Assembly: GCA_964036045.1 (NCBI GenBank)
Contig: OZ038379.1
Coordinates: 30,132,001 to 30,196,000 of the forward strand
Direction: 5' to 3'
Length of the DNA: 64,000 bases
Source of the DNA: Eutreptiella sp. 'Long Island Sound 2002'
Taxonomy: Eukaryota > Protista > Euglenida
Both the position numbers and the translations under genes were made by a program. The notes below the pieces were generated by a model that was not told where the DNA came from, did no database searches, and was given only the letters and a program-made list of their open reading frames with translations. Positions 24,905-36,300 of the stretch are shown here, piece after piece; positions within the stretch are counted from its first letter, which is position 1, and each line of letters opens with the position of its first letter.

Positions 24905-25345
24905 TCGGTTATTTACACCGACGGCTCAGGGGCGTGGGCTGGATAGCAGGATATAGCTGTCACGAAGTAGGGCTGTGGGAGGAGGCAAATCACTTGACAC
25001 TGCAAAAGAAGCAGAGCATCAACCGGGCAGAGTTAATGGCAGTCATAGTGTCCGTCAAACACGCGTAGACACACACAGCCACATTTGCAGTGGCCACGGA
25101 CTCTTCTTATGTTTACGGAGGGCTGCAGGGCATAGCCATCAGGTGGTGAGCCCAACAATGGGTCACCAACAAAGGCCCGGTTTTGAATGTCCAACTATGG
25201 ATCGAGCTCCTTGAGATGCTTGATGTATCGCTGGCCAGTTATGAATGGATAAAGGTACCAAGTCACATGCAGCTGGCGGGTAACGAGCGAGCGGATGCAC
25301 TGGCAGAGCTGGGAAGGAAATCCTCGCCTCTATGCCAAGGCAAAC
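24905..25345 (+). pseudogene. RNase HI domain fragment, cellular RNase H1-like, probably retroelement-derived
   Basis: IYTDGSG..SINRAELMAVI..VATDSSYV..W*AQQWVTNKGPVLNVQLW..WIKVPSH..GNERADALA: D-E-D-D acidic residues plus His loop and basic-protrusion motif, with in-frame stops. Confidence 0.85.
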
Positions 25346-26062
25346 CGGCGCCCACAACTGTTGCTCACACCTGAGGCGGCTTCGCCGATAAATGAACCAC
25401 AGAGGTGTCCCGCAGTGGACACGGGCTCTGTGCTGAAGTTTAGTGTAGAAATGACACCGGTGAGGTGTGATGCAGGGGGGGGGGGGGGGGGGGGGGGGGG
25501 GCTGGGCCCGGTCCTTGTATACGATACCCCCCAGCCCCCCCCCCCCCCCCCCCCGGGGTTTGAGAGATAGTGGTGTTGGAGCCATGGCGCCAACGGCGCC
25601 GAAGTTTTTTTGTGCATGCCTCCCTTTCATCAAACCATCCATATTTTGAGCGCCACATTAGCAAGACGAGGCGCAAAACAAATGTCTCTTGTTGCAATGT
25701 GTGTTTGGGTCGGGTTTGGGGAAGCTGCTAGTGGCTGTTGTGAAGCAGGGGCTGCAGATGGGCAGGTGTGTCCACAGTGGTTGTGGTGATCTTCACTGGG
25801 GCCAAAGTGACTACGTGATGCGATGTGAACGCTATTGCCCTGCTATAGACCCGCTCTATGTTGTTGAATGTGTTTGCCCCCCCCCCCCCCCAATTCAACT
25901 AGAGCCCTGGGAGGCGGCACAGGGAAGGTGGCCAGTATTTGTGGACTTGAACTTCTAAGGCACCATCCATTCCGGGGGTTGAAGTTGACCAGATACCATA
26001 AGTATTTGACGTCTCACTCCATATTCCAGGTCCGTTTTCCATGTCTATTGCAACGTGATTGA

Positions 26063-27847
26063 ATGGCGGTAGCTCTGCATGGACCTGCAGCATCTCTGCA
26101 CCGGCCTGTGGCCCAGGTCGATTACTACTCCGTCATTGATGTCTCCCAAGAGACGGACCAAGCCCTGCCTGGACCGTGCACAGAGGGCACCCGCTGTGTT
26201 CTGGTGGTGTCAGTGTGGGTGGCATTGCTGCCTCTCATCGCGTGGCATCATGCCTCCTCCACGACGCACCCTCCACAGGACCTGTGGGGCAGTGCGGTGC
26301 CCAGTGCAGTGATATCGATGCCGCCGGCCAGCGCCTCTTTCCCCTCCAAGCCACACCCCCACCGCACACAGCCCCTGGGCACACTGGGGGGTTTCCGCCT
26401 CCACCATGAGTCCCCCGCGCGCCGCGGTCTTGGGCCCCACATACACTTGGCCATGGGCACTGATGGCGGGGCGCATTTCCCGGGCCGAAACGGTCCCGTG
26501 CCGAAACGTGCGGCCGCAGCGACACGGTCCCTCACGTCCCTCTGCAGTGCGCTGCTGCTGCTCGTGGGAGGGGGTTGGCTTGGCCGCCGCGCGCTGGGCC
26601 GCAGGCAGCGCTTTGGGGCTTGCGGCCCCCGCGCAGAACAGGGCCGTGCCTTGGCCTTGGGCCCCGCGCCCTGGCTCCATACATCACCCCCGGTCCCCCT
26701 CCTCCGGCCGGCGGGGGTTGTTCAGCCGCGGGCCCGTGGGCCCCAGGGCCCCCCATGGGCCATGGGGGCGACCCAAGGGGAGGGCCTGCGGCGGGGGGCA
26801 AGGCACGGACGCACGCCATGCTCCACTGGCCCCCCCTCCACAGGTCCCGCACGCGCCCCCGCGGCACTGCAGGACCCCCTGAGGCCCCGGCACGTGCACT
26901 TTGCCGCCGCGTTCCTCGCCCGGGGACTCCTGCTGACCGCCGTGTCCCCCCGTCTCCAGGGGCCTGAGCTCGAGCCGAAGGGCGACGGCCCCCCCCACAA
27001 CGGGAGGGCCTGGGTTGCGGAGCACGAGAAGGTCAACACAGCGGACATGCGCCTGAGCTGGGCCGCCTTCAGGCCCTTCTTCAAGGTGGCCATCCCCTTC
27101 TTCCGCACGGACCGCACCGCCCGCCGGTCCCTGTTCCTGGTCGCCGCCCTGACGCTCCTGAACTCCGGCGTGACCGTGACCTTCACCTTCATCCAGCGCG
27201 GCTTCTGGACAGCCCTCAGCGTCCGGGAGCAGGAGAAGTTCTACACGATGATCTCGCGCTTCGGCGTGGCGCTGCTGTGCGGCATCCCCATCTCCGTGCT
27301 CTACACGTACAAGCGGGAGCGCCTGGCGCTGTACTGGCGCGAGCACCTGACGGCGGAGATCCTGCGGCAGTACTACGCCCACAACACGTTCTATGCCCTC
27401 GAGACCCTGCGGGACATCGACAACCCGGACCAGCGCATCGCCGACGACGTCCGGGCCTTCACGACCACGTCGCTGGAGTTCTTCATCACCGTCTTCACGG
27501 GCATCGTCGACCTCCTGTCCTTCAGTGCGATTCTTTTCAGGATCTACCCCGGCCTCTTTGCGGCCATCGTCATGTACTCGGGCATGGGCACCATCGTGGC
27601 CTCGCGCCTCGGCACGTCGCTGGTCGGGCTCCGGTACAAGAGGCTGATCCGCGAGGCGGACTTCCGGTACGCCCTGATCCGCACGCGTGAGAACGCGGAG
27701 GCCATCGCGTTCTACGATAAGGAGGCGTCATTGGAAAGGGGTGAGCTCTGGCGCCGCTTCGATTTGGTGCTGTCCAACAGCCTCTCGATCCTGCGTACCC
27801 AACGAAACTTGGAGGTGTTCACGACGGGGTACCGCTACATTGTTCAG
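26063..27847 (+). CDS. ABCD2: Plastid-type ABC transporter subfamily D, exon 1 (targeting presequence plus transmembrane domain)
   Basis: 595 codons, high GC3 in the conserved part. Motifs IDNPDQRIADD, EADFRYALIRTRENAEAIAFY, FTTGYRYIVQ. N-terminus has two hydrophobic segments separated by an S/T/P/H-rich stretch and followed by basic residues. The symbol refers to the plant plastid ABCD2 type and is assigned from recalled motifs only. Confidence 0.9.
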
Positions 27848-29230
27848 GTGCCCCTGACCCCCTCGACCGGCCTTGGCTGAGGCAGAGGGAGCAGGTGATG
27901 TGTTCCTCGTCGTGTGGCATAGAGGGGATGGATCCGGCCCGGTTCTCCTCAAACCGGTTGTGCGCTGCGCGCACGTTCAACGCGGCCACAGTTCGGGCCT
28001 TCCGGGTGCAGTGTAGATATGCGACCCGGCGACCCGGCGGTCTGTACCGCGCCGCAGCCTTTCTGTACGTTCCGTGCTGCAGGCTTGCTCTCAGGGAAAA
28101 GGTCGTACACATGTGAAATCCCATCTTTCATCAAAGAAGAGCAGTGATATGTAAGACGGCGTCCTTGTTGAACAGTGATGCCCCAGAACACAAAACAGAA
28201 CATCCCCCCCCCCTGCCCAAGAACTGCCTTGCGCAAGAACCGCCCCCTGGTTCCGCGGTCGAATTCTCGCATCATTTTTTTTTACTGCAGTATTGGGTTT
28301 TTCATGGTTCTGGTGGATGCAGGACAGCTATTCAGGTGTGCAGGACAACATTTCATGTGTGTTGCTACGGGTCCCCCCATCAGGGGGGACCCTATCAGTC
28401 AGTCACAGGTGCACATACCCCTTAAACCCCTCCCCCCTGCTCTCGGCCCCTTCGTGTGGAAGGGTAAACCCAATAGTCGCGTGCACCAAGAGGTACAGAA
28501 AAACAAAATTACACATATTGCACAAACGATGCAGGCCAATGCAAAAACGGATGTAAAGGTGATGCTACATATTGTTATTGGAGAGGGTGCGCATGCCCCG
28601 GCGCAATGCGCCGGAAAAATTTTTTCCGCGGTACGGGGCTGCCCACGGTCATGCGCAAGAACCAACCCCTGGTTCCGCGGTCGAATTTTGGGGGGAAAGC
28701 GTGCTCAAGAACCGCCCCCTGGTTCTGCGGTCAAACATTGCTGGTTCCTGGGCACTGGGGGGAAGGTGCATCCCGAGCCATAGGCAAAGCTGTTCAGGAC
28801 CTGATTCCCCCCCCCCCCCCTTTGCACCCCCCCCCCGCTGGGGGGGACCATCACATTGACAAGAAGGCATAGGAAATACCAGGCGCCGAAGGCGCTGAAG
28901 AAAAATTTTCTTTCTGCAGTTTTGGTGCTACCATTGTGTGGGGCACTCCCCCCTCACCCCCATTGGAGGAGACCATTGGGGGGGACCCGCCTGACATTAG
29001 GAGGGGATTACAAGGGGGTGGGGGTACACAGTAGCACAGCACTGGGCCCAGGCACAAGAAGGGGGCAGAAGAGAAGGGACGAGGAGGTGGGAGGCAGGAA
29101 GAGCAATGAGAGAAGCAGACAGAGACAGAGAGTGCCTCCCTGTGAGCCCATGCAAACACAAAGTGAGTGGGGAGGTTTGGGCAAGAAGGCTGAGTGCGCG
29201 CCAACGCCTTTGGATTTGCCCATTGCGCAG
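27848..29230 (+). other. Canonical GT-AG intron, 1383 nt, phase 0
   Basis: CAG|GTGCCC donor and TTGCGCAG|GTG acceptor. Splicing gives YRYIVQ|VIPALVIAPLYF, restoring the continuous ABCD motif in frame. Confidence 0.9.
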
Positions 29231-30364
29231 GTGATACCCGCGCTGGTCATTGCGCCGCTGTACTTTGCCAAAAAAATTGAGCTCGGGGTGATCTCTCAAG
29301 CGTACAGTGCCTTCAACCACATCCTCGGGGACTTCTCACTGATCATCAGCCAATTCGAGGCCCTCAGCGCATTCAGCGCTGGGCTCACGCGACTGACCAC
29401 CTTCATGGACCGGATTGAAGGCGGGGGTTGGCCACCACATTTGCTGCCGGCCCCCACTAAACCGGCAGGAACCGACTCGGCCCCCGACGCCGCCCCCGCT
29501 TCTGCTTCGGCGGGACCTGAAGCAGCAGCGGGAGGGCTTCGGATCACCCTTGACCGAGACATCCCGGCGGAAAGCGACGTGATGATCGCGATGCGCGACC
29601 TGAGTGTCCGCACGCCGGATGGGTCTCGGCTGCTGGTCGAGTCCGTGTGCGTGGAGCTCCGGGACGAGGACCGGGTGCTGATCGTGGGCAACTCCGGGAC
29701 CGGGAAGAGCAGCCTAATCCGCGCCCTGGCCGGCCTGTGGCCCAGGGGCAGCGGGTCTGTGCATGTCCGTGGCGACGTGGACATGTTCTTCCTCCCGCAG
29801 AAGCCGTACAACGTCCTGGGCACCCTCCGGCAGCAGATTAAGTACCCCAAGCTGCACGAGGAGGAGGGGATGGGGCAGGAGGACGAGGAGGGGGGGAGGG
29901 AGGGGGAGGGGAGGGAGGGCAGCGCCGCCGATGAGCATCTGCTGCAGATCCTGGAGCGGTGCCAGCTCGGGCAGCTGGCGAGCCGAGTGGGCGGCGGAGA
30001 CCCGTACATCGGCCTTGACACGGCTCGGGACTGGTCCAAGGAGCTGTCCCTGGGGGAGCAGCAGCGCCTGGCCTTCGCGCGGATCATGTACAATAAACCC
30101 AATCTGGTGGTGCTGGACGAGGCCACATCGGCCCTGGACCTCGCGGGGGAGAAGGTCATGTACGAGAACCTGTCGAGCATGGCGGGCGTGGCCTTCATCT
30201 CCATCGGGCACCGCCCCTCGCTGGTTTGCTACCACAACAAGAAGCTGATCCTCCGGCCCCCCGATGGCGCGGAGGGGGAGGTGCCGAGAGGCTCCAGGGG
30301 CGAAGTGGTGGTGATCGACCCGAAGGACGACTGCCGGGACGTTGTGGATTTGACGATGTCATAG
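29231..30364 (+). CDS. ABCD2: Plastid-type ABCD transporter, exon 2 (last TM helices plus nucleotide-binding domain)
   Basis: AFNHILGDFSLII; Walker A GNSGTGKS; FLPQKPY (Q-loop); signature LSLGEQQ; Walker B VVLDEATSALD; H-loop SIGHR. Spliced product is about 972 aa. Confidence 0.92.
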   Translation: MIPALVIAPLYFAKKIELGVISQAYSAFNHILGDFSLIISQFEALSAFSAGLTRLTTFMDRIEGGGWPPHLLPAPTKPAGTDSAPDAAPASASAGPEAAAGGLRITLDRDIPAESDVMIAMRDLSVRTPDGSRLLVESVCVELRDEDRVLIVGNSGTGKSSLIRALAGLWPRGSGSVHVRGDVDMFFLPQKPYNVLGTLRQQIKYPKLHEEEGMGQEDEEGGREGEGREGSAADEHLLQILERCQLGQLASRVGGGDPYIGLDTARDWSKELSLGEQQRLAFARIMYNKPNLVVLDEATSALDLAGEKVMYENLSSMAGVAFISIGHRPSLVCYHNKKLILRPPDGAEGEVPRGSRGEVVVIDPKDDCRDVVDLTMS

Positions 30365-33300
30365 CCCCGGGCGGTCCTGCGGGAAAGAGGGCCTTTGTTT
30401 GTTTGCGCGAAGAAGGTCCGGAGGCTTTGGGGGGGCAGCACGGCGATCCATCGGCGGCGGTTGGCAGTTGACCGACGGCGGTTGGTCCGTCCACCGACGC
30501 CCATTGGCCGGGGTTGACGGCCGTTCCCGACGGGTCGGGGCCCTGTTGAGGGCCAGGCGTACTGGCGGCACGAAGGACAGGGCACAGCGGCAGAAGGGAC
30601 CGCCTTGTCGCCTTCGGCGTGCGTCGGCACTGAGGCCCATGGCCGACCTCCGTGCGCCTGCGCCCACGTGTGTGTGTGTGGGGGGGGGGGGGGGGAGGTC
30701 AAAGGCCTTCGGGAGGGAGACGCGCATCTGCGCGGGGCTGTCGTGATGTCCGCCGCCGTTGTGTATTTCTGTCGCACTCCGCGTCATATGTGCCAAACGG
30801 TGTCCTTCGTGGACCCCCGTGACCACCACCGCGTGCCCCTTTCGAGGCCGTTTGTGAAGCAGCAGGAACACGATGGCCACGAGGGCGCGTCTCAGACCGG
30901 GGCGCGTCCGTGTGGTCTGTGGCGCTGCATCTCTGGGGCAATGGGGGGGCCCTGTGGTCTCTCCTTTGAACGTGCGCTGTGTCCACCGGCGGGAGGAGAG
31001 TCGCATTTCTCTGGGTCAGTGTTCGCTCCAATTATGAAACCTTCGGAGATGGGCCCCCTTTGCGATTGTGGGGGTTGTGGTGCGTGCGTCGAGGCGCCAC
31101 CCCCCGGGGCCGGGGCCTGCGGCACATTCGGGCAAGCAGTCAATGTCCCAAAGGCCAGCCCACTGCACTGACCTCCGGATTGGGCTGGGGGGGTGCTCTT
31201 GTTTGGGTCTGAGGCTGTGGGGCTGTGGAGCTCTGGGGGGCCTATAGGGGGTGAGCAGTGTTTCTCAGCCGATGGAGCTCGTTTGCAAGGCAAATGAGAT
31301 TGCGGAAGGCTTCTGTCCATTGGGGTGGCCCGCCCCTCAGCCCGCGAACACAGCAACACCACCACAAAACCACACGCCAACCCCCTAGCCCCCGGGAGTG
31401 TGGGGATATGCGGATGTGGGATTGTGGGGTGCTGGTGTGGTGGTACGGCGCTGTGAGGCTGAGGAGAATTCAAAGGAACCAGCAAAGTCCGTCCTGCAGC
31501 TGCCGCTCTGGGGCGAATGTGTGCAATACACCCCCCCCCCCCCCGAAAACAACAACAGTGCGGGCGTTCTTAAGGAGTGTGGCTTCACGCATGCCGCACT
31601 CTGGTCGACGTTAACGGTTACCAAACTGGTTGTGGATGGCTCAGCACTGCGCCATGGTGTTGCCACAAAGCGGGGGCCCTGGCGCTGCAGCAGGTGTCAA
31701 ATGGAGCATTTCAGGACCTGAGCGCCTGCACCACCTCACAGCCTCACAGCCTCTTTGTCAGTTATCCGCCAACTGTTAGCGCTTACTGGCCAAATCGCTT
31801 GAAAGAATGCTTGTTAGATCAAGGGCAGGCGTGAGGGAGGGAGGGCCCCATTTGGGCCGTATTTGCGTAGCGTCCCCCGAGGGGCTCACTCTTAAATATT
31901 TCTTTTTTGTGAAGCCGTTGGGTATGAGACAGTGATATACTTCAGTTCTCCCCACCAAGCCTGAAACCAGGTCCTGCATTTTTGGAGTGGCCAGGTCGGG
32001 GAAAATCGACCCTCAAAATCGTGAATCACTCACAGAGGGTCGAGATCAAAACCAAGTAGGCCGGCAGAAATGTAGAAGAAATGCGTTGCCTGGGTGCAGA
32101 CCGATCCATACAGTGAGCAGGCTATGCCAGCCCATCTTGGTCTGGACCTGGGCCAAAAAGACCCGGTTGCCTGGGTGCAGACCGATGAATAGCGACCACA
32201 ATAGGCCAATCAAGGGTGTTGCCCACCTCCCTCCTACCCCCCCACAGGCATCAGGCAACCCCCCCCCCCCACTGCCACCAATCACAAGAATCTGTGCTGC
32301 TACGGTAGCGCCCCAGAGATGAATTGCTGCAGATTACTAGATCATGTTACATTTGTTTACCGACAGCACCACAAATCGGTGCTTGTTTTGTCCAGGGTGC
32401 ATTGCACGCTGCACAACGATTATGAGCACAGTCTACAGGTTTCTACCGTTGAAAAGGGGGTTGCAGGCAGTTTTGGACAGCCCAACCCATCTGGTTTCTC
32501 CCCTACTGCTGCTGGTGGTGTTAAGGATGCGTTTCGTAGGAATGGCCCAGGGAGATCGACTCGCCCCAACCCCTGCGTGTGTTTGCATACTCCTGGCCAA
32601 ACGCAAGAAGGAGTGTATTTTGTGGAGTGAAAATTGGAAGTCCATATGTCCAAAGGTGAGTGTGTTGTAGTGTTGGCTGCGCAGTGTGTTCACATTTTTC
32701 TGCCATGTTCAACACGTTCTGGTGTTTCCGGCGTTTTTCGCAAAATCTTCCTTGTGCCGTGTGCAATGTTAGCAATTTCCCTCGAATCGGATATGCGTAT
32801 GGGGGTGTTGATCGACTGCAGTGGCAAATGGAGTTCAGGCATTCTGGCCACACTGTGTACCACGTGCTTCGACTGTGGCTTTATGAGCTGAGAGGGGGCA
32901 GTTGGAGCCATGGTCTCTTTTGGCGACCGGGCGCCGCATAAGGGGTCACAGCAGCGGCTGCACCTCGCCACCTCAACGGGACCCAAAGTTTTGTCCACGT
33001 ATGTTGGATTAATCTATTTGTTTGCATGTAACACAGGTCTCTGCTCAACGTCCTTGCTTGGCAGACACACCTCGTGCACAGGTTTCACAGCAGGATGCAG
33101 GTTGTTGAGCTGGGGTTGAGCTTGGGCTGGTAGAGAGAGCAGGAAAATTCGTATTCCCCATCCCAAGACATCCTAAATTCTCACCATTCAGATCCAGAAT
33201 ATCCATATTCGTCGCTGCTGTTGCGAATTTTGGTTCTTCAGATGACAACATTCAGCCAATGCGGCTAAGAGTATTTTGATGGCCAAGTTACTTGCATCAT

Positions 33301-36300
33301 CCAAGGCCTGTTTTCAGTCAGACCTGTGAAGCACAGTGTCTTTGTTGCAGTTTCAGATGGCAGCACATTGGTGTATGTTTGTGGACCATCCTGGACCAAA
33401 GGTTTCATCTCTCCCCCAAAGGTTTCATATCCATTTACCATTTCCATTTTAACCCCCTTTGTGGTGTTTAGTATTTATATATGCACGCGGTAAGCTGCCA
33501 GAGAAAGAAAGAATGACCGAATTTATATATATACATGCTTGAGCCATGTCTGTATGATGACATAGCACAACAGTGTAGTTTGGGAAAGTTGGTTTTAGCT
33601 AATCACAAATGCACAGCATACCCAGGGTGGCGATTTGGCTGTCCAGGATGTGAATATGATACACAGTTGGGGATCAGGGATTGAATTTGGACAGCAGAGG
33701 TCCTGTTGGATGACCGAAAACTGATTGGCAAGCAACCATCATTTCAGATGTGGTAACCACCTTACAATTCGGGGGGGGGGGGGGGGGCAAGATTCTGCAG
33801 GGGCTGAGCAGTACACCCATGAGTATCTCAGATTGGTCCATCTGCGCTTCACAGCGGCAACTTTTTGGTTGAAGAAGGCTCAGCCCCAATTGGTGCTCTT
33901 CACTTTGCATGAATCTGGACGTCTGGAGGTCATTTCAATCTTGAATCCTGGCCTTGGCACAGGGGTTCAAAAGACTTACAATTTCCTTTTTCCTGCATTT
34001 TGCATGGTGTGATATTTGAGTATGTGGCCTTTGGAGCCTTTTTTTTTTCAAGTTGTGCTGCCTCTTGTGATGTATAGTTGCTATGAGTGTGATGATTTTT
34101 GTTAGTCTAGGATGGAAAGGTTACATTATCAGATGATTCACACACAATTCAAAGGCAATCTGAATACAGCAGTGGGTACACATTTGTTGGTCAATGCGTG
34201 TCAATTTTCATGCTGCAATTTGGATGCACCACTGAATCATGGTGGATTTGCATGCGCTGGTTGGAGGGCTGTCAGGGCTGATTGTTCAATTCATACTCAA
34301 TCAATCAAAACTTATGTGGGGCTGGGTCTGATCAGTTTAACCGGTATGTATGCAGTAAACCGTAGTAGAAGTACCGCAGTAGAAGAATAACACACTTTTT
34401 GAAACCTGAACGCTCTGAAGTTTGATGGCTCCAATGAATCTGATCACATTGCTCCTGACAGTGTGCTGTCATTTAGTTGGAGTCACTATCTTTTGTTGCT
34501 GCTTTTTTTTGTTATTTTTTTAGTTTATGATTATATTGCCCTCAAATAGTTGGTGTTGAAACATTTTTCATCTCACCTGTCGGTTTCAGGTCGTGAATAC
34601 CAAGAAGACACACTTTTGTACACCCCCCCCCCCGAAAAGTCGCAAAATGTACCAAAAAAACACACGGCGTAAAGGGTACCAGAACCCCCAAAAATGAGTC
34701 AAGCCCCCCCCCCCAGGATTTCTAGGTACATTTTTTGGGGATTTCTTCGGTAAATGTTTGGTTTTTTTTACAATTAAGGGGGTTTTTTGGGCAATTTTTT
34801 TTGGTTTTCTGGCACTTAGTGGGTTTTCTGGTACACCCCCCCCCCCCTCTATCCAACGAATGCCGTGTCCAACGAACCTTTCCGTTCACACCGTATTTTT
34901 TGAGGATATAATTGATTACATATTTGTGTATCGGGCTTCGGAATCGAGGTTTCAAGCTCAAGGATTGGGGAAATGAGGGGTTGCAGTGAGTAACTATGGG
35001 CAAATTTGTGAAGCAGGATGTGAGGGAATTGTGTGCCTTAACTACAGGACCTCTATGGCCACCCTGGCTGCTCCTCTTCTTGCACGTGGCCAAGGAGGTG
35101 CCATACAAGCGGTGTCCGTCCCAAAGGTCCCAAAGCGAGGTCAGAGTGCCACTTCTGCCTGTGCTAAGAACAACGAGGGCCCCAAGCCCGCGGAGCATGT
35201 TCAGCTTTTCTGGATGGGGCGGGATTGCAACAAGGTTTTCTACACTGAAAAGTGTTAATTGGAGGCCTCCATCGCTTTGTATTTTCCGTGCGCTGGGTGT
35301 GATGTGCCTAGGGATGTGTTACCGCTTTATGATAATACTGTTTCGCGCACCAAACGGCGTGTCCACCGAACACTCCCGGTGGAACCGCAGCTTTCTTAGG
35401 ACAAAGTTGTTCGTTGGACACCGGAGGGGAGGAGTCATTTTGCACGTTTTGCAGTCCACATCTAGGTCTTTTTTCAGTTCATTTTGTTGAGTTTTTGAAG
35501 TACATTTTTTTTTATTTTCTAGTATCCTCCGGAATGGGGTGTGCCGTTGGAGCCCATGGAGGTACCGTGGCTGCATTTTGAGAAGCGTCACCAGCCCCCC
35601 CCCCCCTTTTTTTTTTATGCCGTTGCATGCTTGTAGTGCATCTTGTTGGCCTGTTCGGGCAGACAAACGGATAGATAAAACGTTGGATTGAAGCGGACCG
35701 TTATGTCAAGAGTAGTCCAAAATCAATAAACATGGTATGAAACACCACGGCAATCACATTCAAGTCTTAAGGCAAATACCAAGGTTCACTTGGGGCATCA
35801 ATCTTGGGCTGTCATTTTCTTTTGATTTTTTGGTATGGATTGGATGGCTTCTTCACTGCGCTTTCAAATAGTTTCCAAATCACTAGATGGATTTTTCAGA
35901 ATATGAACATCGCCGACCAATAGAGCCCGCACACCATTTAGCCGCCATTTTTTGCTGTTGCTTCACCAACTAGCGCTACGTAAGCCAACAAACGCAAGCA
36001 TGCCGGCCAAACACCAAAGAACAATCAACACCGTTGCGGGCAGCAGTATCTACGCTTCAACAGGAGATGGCAACTACACTTTACTGCTCAACCATTGCAT
36101 TCAAAGAAACACTCATTTGGTTACTATTTTTGACGTTGCATCATTACTTTTGGCATGACGATCTGTTTGTTTTCCGCACGTCCAGCGTTAACATGTTACC
36201 GCGGCCTCTTCGGCTCAAGCTTGCAGCATCAACAAGCATCAACTTTGTGTTTTGTATCACAACCGCCGCTTCGACAATGCACCGCCGACGCTACAACATA

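Noticed and set aside
26000-26062. Spliced-leader trans-splice acceptor at CAG 26027-26029
   Set aside because: Plausible, but followed by an out-of-frame ATG (26041, MSIAT*). It cannot be supported without transcript data.
28856-29230. N-terminal part of ORF 28856-30364
   Set aside because: Intronic read-through. ABCD homology starts exactly at the AG acceptor 29230.
29296-30235. Antisense ORFs opposite ABCD exon 2
   Set aside because: Shadow ORFs of a high-GC3 coding sequence.
30359-31720. GC-rich ORFs of 100-215 aa downstream of the ABCD gene
   Set aside because: Expected by chance at this GC content. Likely 3-prime UTR and repeats.
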